This document shows, one piece after another, positions 16,840 to 25,637 of a stretch of DNA of 26,902 bases; within the stretch, counting starts at the first letter, position 1, and every line of letters begins with the position of its first letter. Both the position numbers and the translations under genes were made by a program. The notes under the pieces were generated by a model. It was not told the DNA's origin and made no database searches. It was given only the letters and a program-made list of their open reading frames with translations. This stretch comes from a virus (Duplodnaviria; Caudoviricetes), in the IMG/VR virus record IMGVR_UViG_3300009193_001313, positions 1 through 26,902 of that record; one strand, written 5' to 3'.

Positions 16840-17763
16840 ATGATAAAATTAAAAAATGTAACACTTGAAGGACCTGACCTTGCTGGCAAAACGACTTTAA
16901 TGAGTCAACTACACAAGGAAACAAACAATAAATACAACATCATAGATAGATCGACAATGAGTGCTTTGGTCTATTCGACTTTTTATGATAGACCTAACGT
17001 TAAGCTGCTAGAAAGACAACTTAGGAATGAACTAAACGATCTTAACAATAGAACTGTAGTTCTAATCCCGTCAATTAGTGAGTTGGGAAGGCGTTATAAT
17101 GATCGAGGTGATGAAATACAACGATGGGCAGATGTCATTTCAATTACAAATATCTATGAAGAATTACTTAAAAAGTTTGGAAAGTTTTCAACATTAAAAG
17201 TTATCAGATCAAAAAATCCACTGCAACAAACACTAGATTATTTAGAAACATCAGGCAATGATATACCTAATGAGGTCATGCAAAATGCAGAGGCATCTAA
17301 TAATGAAGCTTATCCAGTAAAATTTGAAGCTGATCTTGGTGCAGGCTTCATGACATCAATAAATGACGCATTTGATTTTGAGTCTGAAAAAGAATACTAT
17401 ACAAAAATATTGTCTAATATGTTAACAACAATAACTAAAGAGACAATTGGTGATAATCCCTACGGATCTAGACAAGACCCTAAAACAACTAGACGTTATA
17501 TTTACGCTGATGATACATGCATTGCACTATTTCATATGATGTATAGAGATGGCGAAAAAGATAAAAACGGTTTAATGATTGGTGGAAGACTTAATTTTTA
17601 TGCAACATTGAGATCATCTGATGTCACAAACATATTTGAACATGACTATAAATTTTTACAGTATCTTTGTGGTGAGTGTGGAAAAGCGATCGGATTAAAA
17701 GATTATGAGATACCAGAAGAAACAACACTGTCAGTGACAATACATTCAGCACACATAATATAA
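16840..17763 (+). CDS. Fusion of a dNMP (thymidylate-kinase-like) P-loop kinase and a minimal thymidylate-synthase / dCMP-hydroxymethylase-fold domain
   Basis: N-terminal EGPDLAGKTT and IIDRS. C-terminal TTRR (218-219), DTC (227), LNFYATLRSSD (258-261), FEHD (269), HSAHII. Confidence 0.8.
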   Translation: MIKLKNVTLEGPDLAGKTTLMSQLHKETNNKYNIIDRSTMSALVYSTFYDRPNVKLLERQLRNELNDLNNRTVVLIPSISELGRRYNDRGDEIQRWADVISITNIYEELLKKFGKFSTLKVIRSKNPLQQTLDYLETSGNDIPNEVMQNAEASNNEAYPVKFEADLGAGFMTSINDAFDFESEKEYYTKILSNMLTTITKETIGDNPYGSRQDPKTTRRYIYADDTCIALFHMMYRDGEKDKNGLMIGGRLNFYATLRSSDVTNIFEHDYKFLQYLCGECGKAIGLKDYEIPEETTLSVTIHSAHII

Positions 17764-18200
17764 TGCCAGACTATAAGAATTATTTTATCGACATACTAAA
17801 ACGGACAGAAGAAATGTCCACATGCGCTTCAACACAAGTTGGTAGTGTAATTGTAAGAGATGGTAGAATAATATCGACAGGTTGGAATGGTGTTCCTGCT
17901 GGGAAACAACATTGTAATCACATATACGAATGGGGTGCATTGCCGCTAAATGGTGAAAATCATCAAGATTGGTCGCCTCTAAATGAGTTACATGCAGAAG
18001 TTAATGCAATAGGTTATGCAGCACAAAACGGCGTCGTAACAAAAGACGCTGTGTTATACACTTCAGTTTCACCGTGTATAGACTGCGCTAAATTAATTGT
18101 TGCTGCAGGAATAAAAGAAGTCTGGTATATCGATGAATATAGAATTACAGACGGAATAAATTTTTTAAATGAAAACAAGATAGGTTGTAAGAAACTATGA
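17763..18200 (+). CDS. dCMP deaminase (ComEB-like zinc deaminase)
   Basis: STC…QVGSVIV, IISTGWNG, HAEVNAI, SPCIDCAK. Confidence 0.93.
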   Translation: MPDYKNYFIDILKRTEEMSTCASTQVGSVIVRDGRIISTGWNGVPAGKQHCNHIYEWGALPLNGENHQDWSPLNELHAEVNAIGYAAQNGVVTKDAVLYTSVSPCIDCAKLIVAAGIKEVWYIDEYRITDGINFLNENKIGCKKL

Positions 18201-18574
18201 AAGTAATAAAAGAATCAGATGGTTCACAAATCAACAGGCATCCAGCAGAAATACTTGAGTCTGAATATCCTCATATGACAGAAGAATTTAAAAGACTTCA
18301 AAGAGTGCAGTATGAGACTTTCTGCAGGAAACAGCTAGACTACGGCCCAGGAAATATTTCTGTAGGCACAGATCTAAAAACTGAAGAAGATGTCAAATTA
18401 TCACTAACAGGCCTTTGGTTTCGTATGAATGATAAAATTCAAAGGTTAAAAACTTTATTAATGAGTGATAGAGGCTCATTTGTAAAAGACGAGCCAATGG
18501 AAGATGCTTATATGGATGTTTCAAATTACGGCATAATGGCAACAATTGTAAAAAATAGAAAGTGGGGTAAGTAA
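18197..18574 (+). CDS. DUF1599 / nucleotide-modification-associated domain 1 (Nmad1)-like protein
   Basis: KQLDYG…RMNDKIQRL…EPMEDAYMDVSNYGIM matches the KxxDYG / DKxxRL / EDxxxDxxNY pattern recalled for this family. Confidence 0.75.
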   Translation: MKVIKESDGSQINRHPAEILESEYPHMTEEFKRLQRVQYETFCRKQLDYGPGNISVGTDLKTEEDVKLSLTGLWFRMNDKIQRLKTLLMSDRGSFVKDEPMEDAYMDVSNYGIMATIVKNRKWGK

Positions 18575-18801
18575 TGCCAAGAGGAAGAAAAAAGAAATAT
18601 GTAAGGCCAATGATTGAATGTGATTGTGACCATTGTGGAAAATCACTTGAATATCCTTATGTACACATCAGTCTTGAAAGAACAGGTTTTGGTGGATTTC
18701 AAAAGCCTGCAAAAGGTGAACCTGTAGTTGGAAATAAAGACCTACCAGGTGCAGTTGTAGGTTATTATTGCAATCTAGCTTGTCAGAGAGAGACATTGTA
18801 G
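18574..18801 (+). CDS. Small Cys-rich, probably zinc-binding hypothetical protein
   Basis: CDCDHC and YCNLAC, basic N-terminus; overlaps both neighbours by 1 nt. Confidence 0.7.
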   Translation: MPRGRKKKYVRPMIECDCDHCGKSLEYPYVHISLERTGFGGFQKPAKGEPVVGNKDLPGAVVGYYCNLACQRETL

Positions 18802-19664
18802 TGGAAAGAATAAGCTGGTCCCAAGTACAAATTTACACACAGTGTCCGTTCAAATGGAAACTCAATTATATAGATAAGAATAGAAAATTTACAGATTCTA
18901 TATACACCGTTTATGGTAAAGCAGTACACGAAGTATTGCAACATTATCTTACTGTAATGTATGACAAGTCTATTAAGGAAGCTGATGAAATAGACATGCC
19001 AAACATGCTTGTAGATAAAATAAAGCACTTCTATGGTGAAGGTGTTAAGAATGCAGATGGCGAACATTTTTCTACACAGTCACAACTAACTGAATTTTGT
19101 GTGCAAGGTGCTAAAGCTCTAGATTGGTTTAAGAAAAATAGAGCTAATTATTTTGCAAAAAAGAATTGGGAATTATTAGGAATAGAAGTGCCAATAGATG
19201 ATGAGTATAATGGTGTAGGTGTGTTAGGTTATATCGATGTTCTCATGCGAAATACAAAGACAGGTAAAATTAAAGTTATCGATCTTAAAACATCAACTAT
19301 GGGTTGGAAAAAAGAAAAGACAGATCCAATGAAAAGAGGTCAGCTTTTATTTTACAAGAAGTTTATTGCAGATAGATACAATGTAGATATTTCAATGGTT
19401 GATGTTGAGTTTATTATTATCAAAAGAATTGTATGGGATAAAGGTGACTGGCCAGTAAAATGGATACAGAGATTTGAACCTCCTTCAGCAGGTGTATCTA
19501 TTAATAGAATTTTTAAACAAGTTGACCTATTTATTAGTGAATGTTTTAATAAAGATGGAAGTTATAAAACAGACGGTAATTTTGAAAAGCTTGGCGTCAA
19601 CACTAAATGTAAGTGGTGTGAATTTGCAAAGTCGCCAGAAATATGTGATAAGGGAAAAGCATGA
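18801..19664 (+). CDS. PD-(D/E)XK exonuclease, RecB/Cas4/AddB-like, with probable Fe-S cluster
   Basis: ISWSQ…QCP, YGKAVHEVL, IEVP, GYIDVL, IDLKT, QLLFY, CKWCEF…C. Start taken as GTG 18801 (TAGTG overlap). Confidence 0.9.
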   Translation: MERISWSQVQIYTQCPFKWKLNYIDKNRKFTDSIYTVYGKAVHEVLQHYLTVMYDKSIKEADEIDMPNMLVDKIKHFYGEGVKNADGEHFSTQSQLTEFCVQGAKALDWFKKNRANYFAKKNWELLGIEVPIDDEYNGVGVLGYIDVLMRNTKTGKIKVIDLKTSTMGWKKEKTDPMKRGQLLFYKKFIADRYNVDISMVDVEFIIIKRIVWDKGDWPVKWIQRFEPPSAGVSINRIFKQVDLFISECFNKDGSYKTDGNFEKLGVNTKCKWCEFAKSPEICDKGKA

Positions 19665-20071
19665 TACCAATAGTAAGAATCCCAGGTGATTTTATATTAA
19701 CAGAATATCGAGATCCAACTTGGCAAATAATTGAAGAGACAATTGATAGTGTTAAAGAAGTAATACTGTGTATTTATTGTAACGATCAAAAAGATATTGT
19801 CAAAATAGCAAATTATGTTAATGATCATGATAATAAATTAAAGATAAAAACACTAATTCAGCTGAAAGACGTAGATAAAAATGATAGATATTTCTTAGAT
19901 GTCACAGAAGGAAGATCAAAATCAAGATTTCAAATACAAAATACAACAGTAGAAGGCATAATTAACGCAATGGTCTTCTTAAAAAACCACTTCAGCTTCT
20001 TAGACCGTGATAAAAAGATAAAAAGTCAGAAGAGAAATGACTCTCCTGATCACGATATATATAAAAAATAA
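19661..20071 (+). CDS. Hypothetical protein
   Basis: 136-aa ORF with ATGA overlap to the nuclease gene; no motif recognised. Confidence 0.7.
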   Translation: MIPIVRIPGDFILTEYRDPTWQIIEETIDSVKEVILCIYCNDQKDIVKIANYVNDHDNKLKIKTLIQLKDVDKNDRYFLDVTEGRSKSRFQIQNTTVEGIINAMVFLKNHFSFLDRDKKIKSQKRNDSPDHDIYKK

Positions 20072-20099
20072 GCTTTTTCATGCGCAACTCGATATATAT
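20055..20099 (+). promoter_or_regulatory. Class A repeated upstream motif (variant)
   Basis: ATATATATA-like run at 20055-20062, TTTTCA 20075-20080, ATATATAT 20092-20099; heads the glycosylation block. Confidence 0.45.
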
Positions 20100-20131
20100 T
20101 ATAGATTAATATATACTTAAAGGACGTTACA

Positions 20132-20338
20132 ATGAAGAACAACGATTTTTGGAAGTTAACATCAATAAAAGTACTAGTTGAATTATATCAAAAATTCAGA
20201 GTTGACAGTAAAATAGATCATGTCACACTACAAAAATTAGTAAATAGATCAATGTATTTGTACCTAAATGATCAGTCATTTAGAGATACAATTCGTGATG
20301 TTAATGAATTAAGCGAAAACTATAAAAAAGGTTACTAA
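20132..20338 (+). CDS. Small protein, possibly ribbon-helix-helix DNA-binding
   Basis: 68 aa; beta-strand-like LTSIKV followed by two amphipathic helices (ELYQKFR, TLQKLVNRSMYLYL); SD AAGGA. Confidence 0.6.
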   Translation: MKNNDFWKLTSIKVLVELYQKFRVDSKIDHVTLQKLVNRSMYLYLNDQSFRDTIRDVNELSENYKKGY

Positions 20339-21817
20339 ATGCACAAGATAGGAGATATTCGTAACGGATACGAAGTGCTCCCAAAAGATAAACGCAAAAC
20401 AGTATTGCTACTGTCAGATGACTTAAGAATGACTTCTGGTGTTGGTAATATGTCACGTGAATTTGTTTTGGGAACATGTCACTATATAAACTGGGTTCAA
20501 ATTGGTGGAGCGATATCACACCCAGACAACGGAAAAGCAATTGATATGAGTCAGGATATTTCTGAAAGAACCGGTGTTCCGGATGTAGACTTAAAAATAC
20601 ATCCAACAAATGGCTATGGAAATCCAGATTTAGTTAGGCAGTGTATGAACTTTTATCCGCTAAGTGGAATAATGATATACACAGATCCAAGGTTTTGGGG
20701 CTGGCTGTTTCAAATGGAACATGAAATTAGGCAAAACATACCGATAATGTATTATAACATATGGGATTCACTCCCTTATCCAATGTGGAATCAGAAATAT
20801 TATGATTCTGTAGATGCATTGTTTAATATCTCAAAGCAGACAGTTAATATTGTTAAGAATGTTAGATCATCATATGAAGATTGGCAAGTTACATACATTC
20901 CTCATGGGATTAATGAGAAAGATTATTTTCCAATCGATAAGTCCTATGAAAAGTATGATGACTTTTTAAAATTTAAAAAAGACGCTACACAAGGCAGAGA
21001 TAAAGAGTTTGTTTTATTCTATAATGCAAGAAATATAAGAAGAAAACTAGTCGGTGATATTGTTTATGCTTATAAAACATTTTGTGATTCTCTTACAGAA
21101 GAAGAAGCTGCAAAATGTTTGTTGCTCTTACATTGCACTCCTGTTGATGAAAACGGTACAGACTTACCAGAGCTATGTAGAAATCTAGCACCAGGATATG
21201 ATGTAGCATTCTCAGGTGGTAAATTAGAGCGTGAACAAATGAACTGGTTGTATAATTCAGCAGACTGCTCAATACTGGTTAGTTCAAATGAAGGGTTTGG
21301 ATTGATGGGTACAGAAACATTGATGTGTGGTGTGCCATTAATTGTAAATGTTTCTGGTGGCATGCAAGACTACTGTGGCTTTAAAAAAGAAGATGGCAGC
21401 TACCTAACAACTGATGATTACACAACTGAATGGGGTTCTAATCATGACGGTCGTTATAAAGATCACGGTGAATGGGTATTTCCAGTATGGCCAAGCAGCA
21501 GATCTCTTCAAGGTTCACCTGCAACACCCTATATTTCAGATGACAGACCCGACTGGCAAGATGTTGCAATACAAATTAAAAAAGCATGGTCAGAACGAGG
21601 TGAAAAGCTTCAGGCAAAAGGTAAAGCAGGATATGAATACGTGACTAATCCAGAGTTCGGGTTCACAGCTTCTGAAATGAACAGAAGATTTATGGAACAC
21701 ATGGATGCTGTATGGGAAAACTTTAAACCTAGACAGAGAGTTATGATTGATAATGCTACAAAATGGGATTATAAACTACCTAAATGGAACGGACTAACTA
21801 TGACAAAGGAGATATAA
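20339..21817 (+). CDS. GT-B fold glycosyltransferase (GT4-like)
   Basis: LLLSDD…SGVG, YIPHGI, NARNIRRK, SSNEGFGLMGTE (Ex7E), VSGGMQD. Confidence 0.9.
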   Translation: MHKIGDIRNGYEVLPKDKRKTVLLLSDDLRMTSGVGNMSREFVLGTCHYINWVQIGGAISHPDNGKAIDMSQDISERTGVPDVDLKIHPTNGYGNPDLVRQCMNFYPLSGIMIYTDPRFWGWLFQMEHEIRQNIPIMYYNIWDSLPYPMWNQKYYDSVDALFNISKQTVNIVKNVRSSYEDWQVTYIPHGINEKDYFPIDKSYEKYDDFLKFKKDATQGRDKEFVLFYNARNIRRKLVGDIVYAYKTFCDSLTEEEAAKCLLLLHCTPVDENGTDLPELCRNLAPGYDVAFSGGKLEREQMNWLYNSADCSILVSSNEGFGLMGTETLMCGVPLIVNVSGGMQDYCGFKKEDGSYLTTDDYTTEWGSNHDGRYKDHGEWVFPVWPSSRSLQGSPATPYISDDRPDWQDVAIQIKKAWSERGEKLQAKGKAGYEYVTNPEFGFTASEMNRRFMEHMDAVWENFKPRQRVMIDNATKWDYKLPKWNGLTMTKEI

Positions 21818-23100
21818 TGAAGCCAACGGTTTTAATAACAGCACCTGTCGCAACAAGATCTGGATACGGTGCAAGATCAAGGGATGTTGTAAGGGCAATT
21901 CTTGCAACAGACAAATATAATGTAAAAGTTTTCCCTGTCCCATGGGGTGCGACACCACAGAATGCACTCGTAATAGACGAACCAAAAGATAAAGCTATAA
22001 TTGATGTGATTGTCAAAGATCAAAACGAGATAAAGACACAACCTGATATTCATATACACATTGTTGTTCCAAATGAATTTCAACCAGTAGGAAAATATAA
22101 TATCGGAATAACAGCTGGGCTAGAGGCTACAGTGATACCTCAAAGCTGGATTGAAGGTTGTAACAGGATGGATCTTGTACTGGCAAGTTCTAAATTTAGT
22201 GTTGAAGTAATGGAGCAGACAATTTACAAAAATGAGCAAGGTCAAGAATTAAAAATTCAAAAACCATTAGATGTTTTATTCGAAGGCGCAGACACAGAAA
22301 TATACCACAGAAAAAAGTCCGGTGATGAATATTCAAAAGTGTTAGTTGATGCTATGGATCAAGTAGAGACAAGTTGGAATTTCCTTTTTGTAGGCCACTG
22401 GCTCCAAGGCAGTATCGGAAAAGATAGAAAAGATGTAGGAAATTTAATAAGAACATTCTTCACAGCTTTCAGAAACAATAAATCAACAGGATTGATATTA
22501 AAAACATCAGGTGCTTCACCTTGTATGATGGATAGAGAAGACATGCTGAAGAAGATTAAAGATGTAAGATCACAATGCGGCATACCTGCATCACAGCTGC
22601 CTAATGTTTATTTATTACACTGTGATTTATACGATGATGAAGTAAACGATCTTTATAATCACCCTAAAGTGAAGGCACATATTACGTTTACGCACGGCGA
22701 AGGCTTTGGAAGACCGCTACTAGAGGCATCTCTTTCAGGTAAGCCTGTTATTGCACCTAATTGGAGTGGTCACATAGACTTTTTAAATAAGAATAATTCA
22801 TCACTCATACCGGGCGGGCTAGTAAAAGTTGAAAAAGAAAGCTTACAAGAAAACATATACGTTGAAGGACAGCAGTGGTTTCAAGTTGATTATAGAGCAG
22901 CTGGACAGAAGATGCTTCATATAAGAAAAAACTTAAAGACATATAAAAATAAAGGTATGAAGCAGATGATATATAATACTTCTAAGTTTAGCTTTAAGTC
23001 AATGGTAACAAAGTTAGATAAAATATTGACTTCACACTTACCAACATTTACAGAAACAGTTGTACCAAAGATTAATTTACCAAAGTTGGAGAAGGCATAA
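21817..23100 (+). CDS. GT-B fold glycosyltransferase (GT4-like)
   Basis: TRSGYG, FLFVGHW, DRKDV, HGEGFGRPLLE (Ex7E), PVIAPNWSGHIDF. Start at ATG 21817 with SD AAGGAG. Confidence 0.9.
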   Translation: MKPTVLITAPVATRSGYGARSRDVVRAILATDKYNVKVFPVPWGATPQNALVIDEPKDKAIIDVIVKDQNEIKTQPDIHIHIVVPNEFQPVGKYNIGITAGLEATVIPQSWIEGCNRMDLVLASSKFSVEVMEQTIYKNEQGQELKIQKPLDVLFEGADTEIYHRKKSGDEYSKVLVDAMDQVETSWNFLFVGHWLQGSIGKDRKDVGNLIRTFFTAFRNNKSTGLILKTSGASPCMMDREDMLKKIKDVRSQCGIPASQLPNVYLLHCDLYDDEVNDLYNHPKVKAHITFTHGEGFGRPLLEASLSGKPVIAPNWSGHIDFLNKNNSSLIPGGLVKVEKESLQENIYVEGQQWFQVDYRAAGQKMLHIRKNLKTYKNKGMKQMIYNTSKFSFKSMVTKLDKILTSHLPTFTETVVPKINLPKLEKA

Positions 23101-23101
23101 T

Positions 23102-23566
23102 ATGGAAAGAGTTGTAAAATGTGGAAACTGCGGTGATAATAATAACTGCTTTGAAGAAGTTCAAGAATTTAGCAGTTATATGTGTTTTCAATGTGGTTTT
23201 ATGAGTGATGCAAGATTTAATGAAGAATATGACAGTGACACTTCTAAAGACATGGCAATTGTTATGAATCAAATGAAAAAGTTTGATGATGAAAGACAAA
23301 TATGGTGGTACCCATCTGTTGTCAATATGGGAAAGCTAGGCATGATTTATCCAGAACCAATAGAAGTTGATGAAGAAAATGGCAAAGTAAAAGACTGGGT
23401 TTGGAAATACGCAAAAGTTGTCCCTGTCGAAGAAGGTGATACAGATGCTGAAGGCTATGAATCAAAACTTGATGTAGATAATGCAATGACGTCTGATAAG
23501 AATGATTTCCTCTCAGCAATAAGAGAGATGGGAATAACTAAGGATCTCAAAGTTGAAAAGAGCTAG
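23102..23566 (+). CDS. Hypothetical zinc-ribbon protein
   Basis: CGNC…C…CFQCGF at the N-terminus; start at ATG 23102 just after the upstream stop. Confidence 0.75.
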   Translation: MERVVKCGNCGDNNNCFEEVQEFSSYMCFQCGFMSDARFNEEYDSDTSKDMAIVMNQMKKFDDERQIWWYPSVVNMGKLGMIYPEPIEVDEENGKVKDWVWKYAKVVPVEEGDTDAEGYESKLDVDNAMTSDKNDFLSAIREMGITKDLKVEKS

Positions 23567-24047
23567 TTGGGCATCAATACAGCCAGGTCAGATATTAGAC
23601 TTTAATTATCAGGGAAAGCTCCCTGGTGCAAAATTAAGAAAGCGCAGATGTCTTATACTTAATGAAAGACATATGTACAAGAGAAAAAAAGACGGAAGAC
23701 TTGTTCGATTAGTACACACACTTCAGCTTTCTGCAACACCTCAAAAAAGAGGTGAAAGAGTTATGAACTTAAAAGAACAAAGTAAATTAATAAGCAGTAT
23801 GGGACTAATAAGAGAAGTAGATGACGAAACTTATGATGTACTTATGACTGGAAATCCTAGGCAGATGTGGCCAAAAGTAAAGAAAGCAATAGATGTGCTT
23901 CCGTTAAAAGTTTATAAGACTTTTTCTTGGCATATGCTCACAAGATACGCAGTCTTTGTCGCTGAAGATCTTGAGTTTGATAGATTAACGAGGAAAAAAA
24001 TATTAGGCTACATTCCCGAACCAAGGATAAACGAAGACAATATTTAA
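23553..24047 (+). CDS. Basic hypothetical protein
   Basis: 164-aa ORF with TTG start that fills the gap between genes; Arg/Lys-rich; no family recognised. Confidence 0.65.
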   Translation: MKRASWASIQPGQILDFNYQGKLPGAKLRKRRCLILNERHMYKRKKDGRLVRLVHTLQLSATPQKRGERVMNLKEQSKLISSMGLIREVDDETYDVLMTGNPRQMWPKVKKAIDVLPLKVYKTFSWHMLTRYAVFVAEDLEFDRLTRKKILGYIPEPRINEDNI

Positions 24048-24048
24048 A

Positions 24049-24678
24049 ATGAAAATAAGTTACGCTGTTACAACACACAATGAACACAAAGAAATAAAAA
24101 AGCTAATCCCTTTTATATTAGAACACAAAGACCCTGAAGACGAACTTGTAATAATAGATGATCATTCAGACTACAAGACTTGGCGCATTTTTGATGAATA
24201 CATACATGAGCCAAAACACAATATAATATTTGAAGAGCACGCCCTCTATAGCGATTTTTCAGTACACAAGAACTTTATGAATAGTAAATGTAACGGTGAC
24301 TGGATCGTAAATATTGATGCTGATGAAATACCAAGTGAGTTCTTAATAAAGAATATAAAAGCTCTAATACAGTCAAACCCAGAAATAGAATTGTACTGGG
24401 TGCCAAGGATAAACACAGTTGAAGGTCTTACAAACGATCACATACAAAAGTGGGGTTGGAGAGTTGATGAAAGAAAGAGAATAAACTGGCCAGATCCACA
24501 ACAAAGAATTTATAAAAATGCAGAACACATAAAATGGACAAAGCCTGTTCACGAAAGATTAGTAGGCGCAACCAAAGATGCATTTTTACCGTTTGAAGAA
24601 CAATGGGCACTTAAACACCCGAAAAATATAATAAAACAAGAAGAACAAAATAAACATTATGAGAGGATAATGAGATGA
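24049..24678 (+). CDS. GT2 (GT-A fold) glycosyltransferase
   Basis: ISYAVTTHNE, IIDDHSD, DWIVNIDADE (DxD), WPDPQQRIYKN, VHE. Confidence 0.9.
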   Translation: MKISYAVTTHNEHKEIKKLIPFILEHKDPEDELVIIDDHSDYKTWRIFDEYIHEPKHNIIFEEHALYSDFSVHKNFMNSKCNGDWIVNIDADEIPSEFLIKNIKALIQSNPEIELYWVPRINTVEGLTNDHIQKWGWRVDERKRINWPDPQQRIYKNAEHIKWTKPVHERLVGATKDAFLPFEEQWALKHPKNIIKQEEQNKHYERIMR

Positions 24679-25634
24679 AGAAAGCACTAATTACAGGCAT
24701 AAACGGAATGGACGGCAGCTATCTTGCTGATTTGTTACTTGAAAAAGGTTACAAAGTCTTTGGGTTAGAAAGAAGAACAAGCAGTAAAAATAGGGTTAAT
24801 ACAGCACATCTCGAAGGCAGGATAACATTTGTAAAAGGAGATCTTGCTGATCAAAATTCTTTGGCAAGAGTTTTAAGAGAATCAGATCCAGATGAAGTTT
24901 ACAGTTTAGGCGCGCAGTCTTTTGTAGGCGAAAGCTGGAACACACCAGAACAAACAGGTGATGTGACAGGTATTGGTGTACTCAGGCTGTTAGAAGCAAT
25001 AAGAGAATACGGAAAAAAGATTAAATTTTATCAAGCTTCAACTTCTGAAATGTTCGGTAAGATGGAAAACTTTGCAAACGAAGATACTAAGTTTCATCCT
25101 AGATCACCTTACGGTGTTGCAAAATTATACGGACACTGGATAACTATAAATTATAAAGAGTCTTATGATATGTTTAATGTTAGTGGAATATTATTTAATC
25201 ACGAATCAGAAAGAAGAGGAATTGAATTTGTAACCAGAAAAATAACAGATGGAGTTGCTCAAATATACCACGGCAAAAAAGATATTATAACACTTGGAAA
25301 TCTAGACGCAAAAAGAGATTGGGGATATGCACCTGATTATGTTGAAGCTATGTGGCTGATGTTACAAAATGACAAGCCAGAAAGCTATGTAATAGCAACA
25401 GGAATAATACACACTATAGGTGATTTCTTGGATGTTGCATTTCAAAATATAGGAGTTGCAAATTGGGAAAAACACGTCGTCCAAGATCCTGCTTTTATGA
25501 GACCTGCAGATGTTCATTATCTTGCAGGCGATAGCTCAAGAGCAAGGACAGAATTAGGTTGGCAGCCTAAAGTAAACTTTGATGAAATGATAGAAAGAAT
25601 GGTAAAGAACGATATAAATTTACACGAGGAGTAG
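24675..25634 (+). CDS. gmd: GDP-mannose 4,6-dehydratase
   Basis: ALITGINGMDGSYLA, FYQASTSEMFG, PRSPYGVAKLY, ILFNHES, FVTRKIT, LGNLDAKRDWG. Confidence 0.97.
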   Translation: MKKALITGINGMDGSYLADLLLEKGYKVFGLERRTSSKNRVNTAHLEGRITFVKGDLADQNSLARVLRESDPDEVYSLGAQSFVGESWNTPEQTGDVTGIGVLRLLEAIREYGKKIKFYQASTSEMFGKMENFANEDTKFHPRSPYGVAKLYGHWITINYKESYDMFNVSGILFNHESERRGIEFVTRKITDGVAQIYHGKKDIITLGNLDAKRDWGYAPDYVEAMWLMLQNDKPESYVIATGIIHTIGDFLDVAFQNIGVANWEKHVVQDPAFMRPADVHYLAGDSSRARTELGWQPKVNFDEMIERMVKNDINLHEE

Positions 25635-25637
25635 AAT

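Noticed and set aside
18801-19664. CRISPR-Cas locus suggested by the Cas4-like nuclease
   Set aside because: No repeat-spacer array or other cas genes seen; solo Cas4/RecB-like nucleases are common in phage replication regions.
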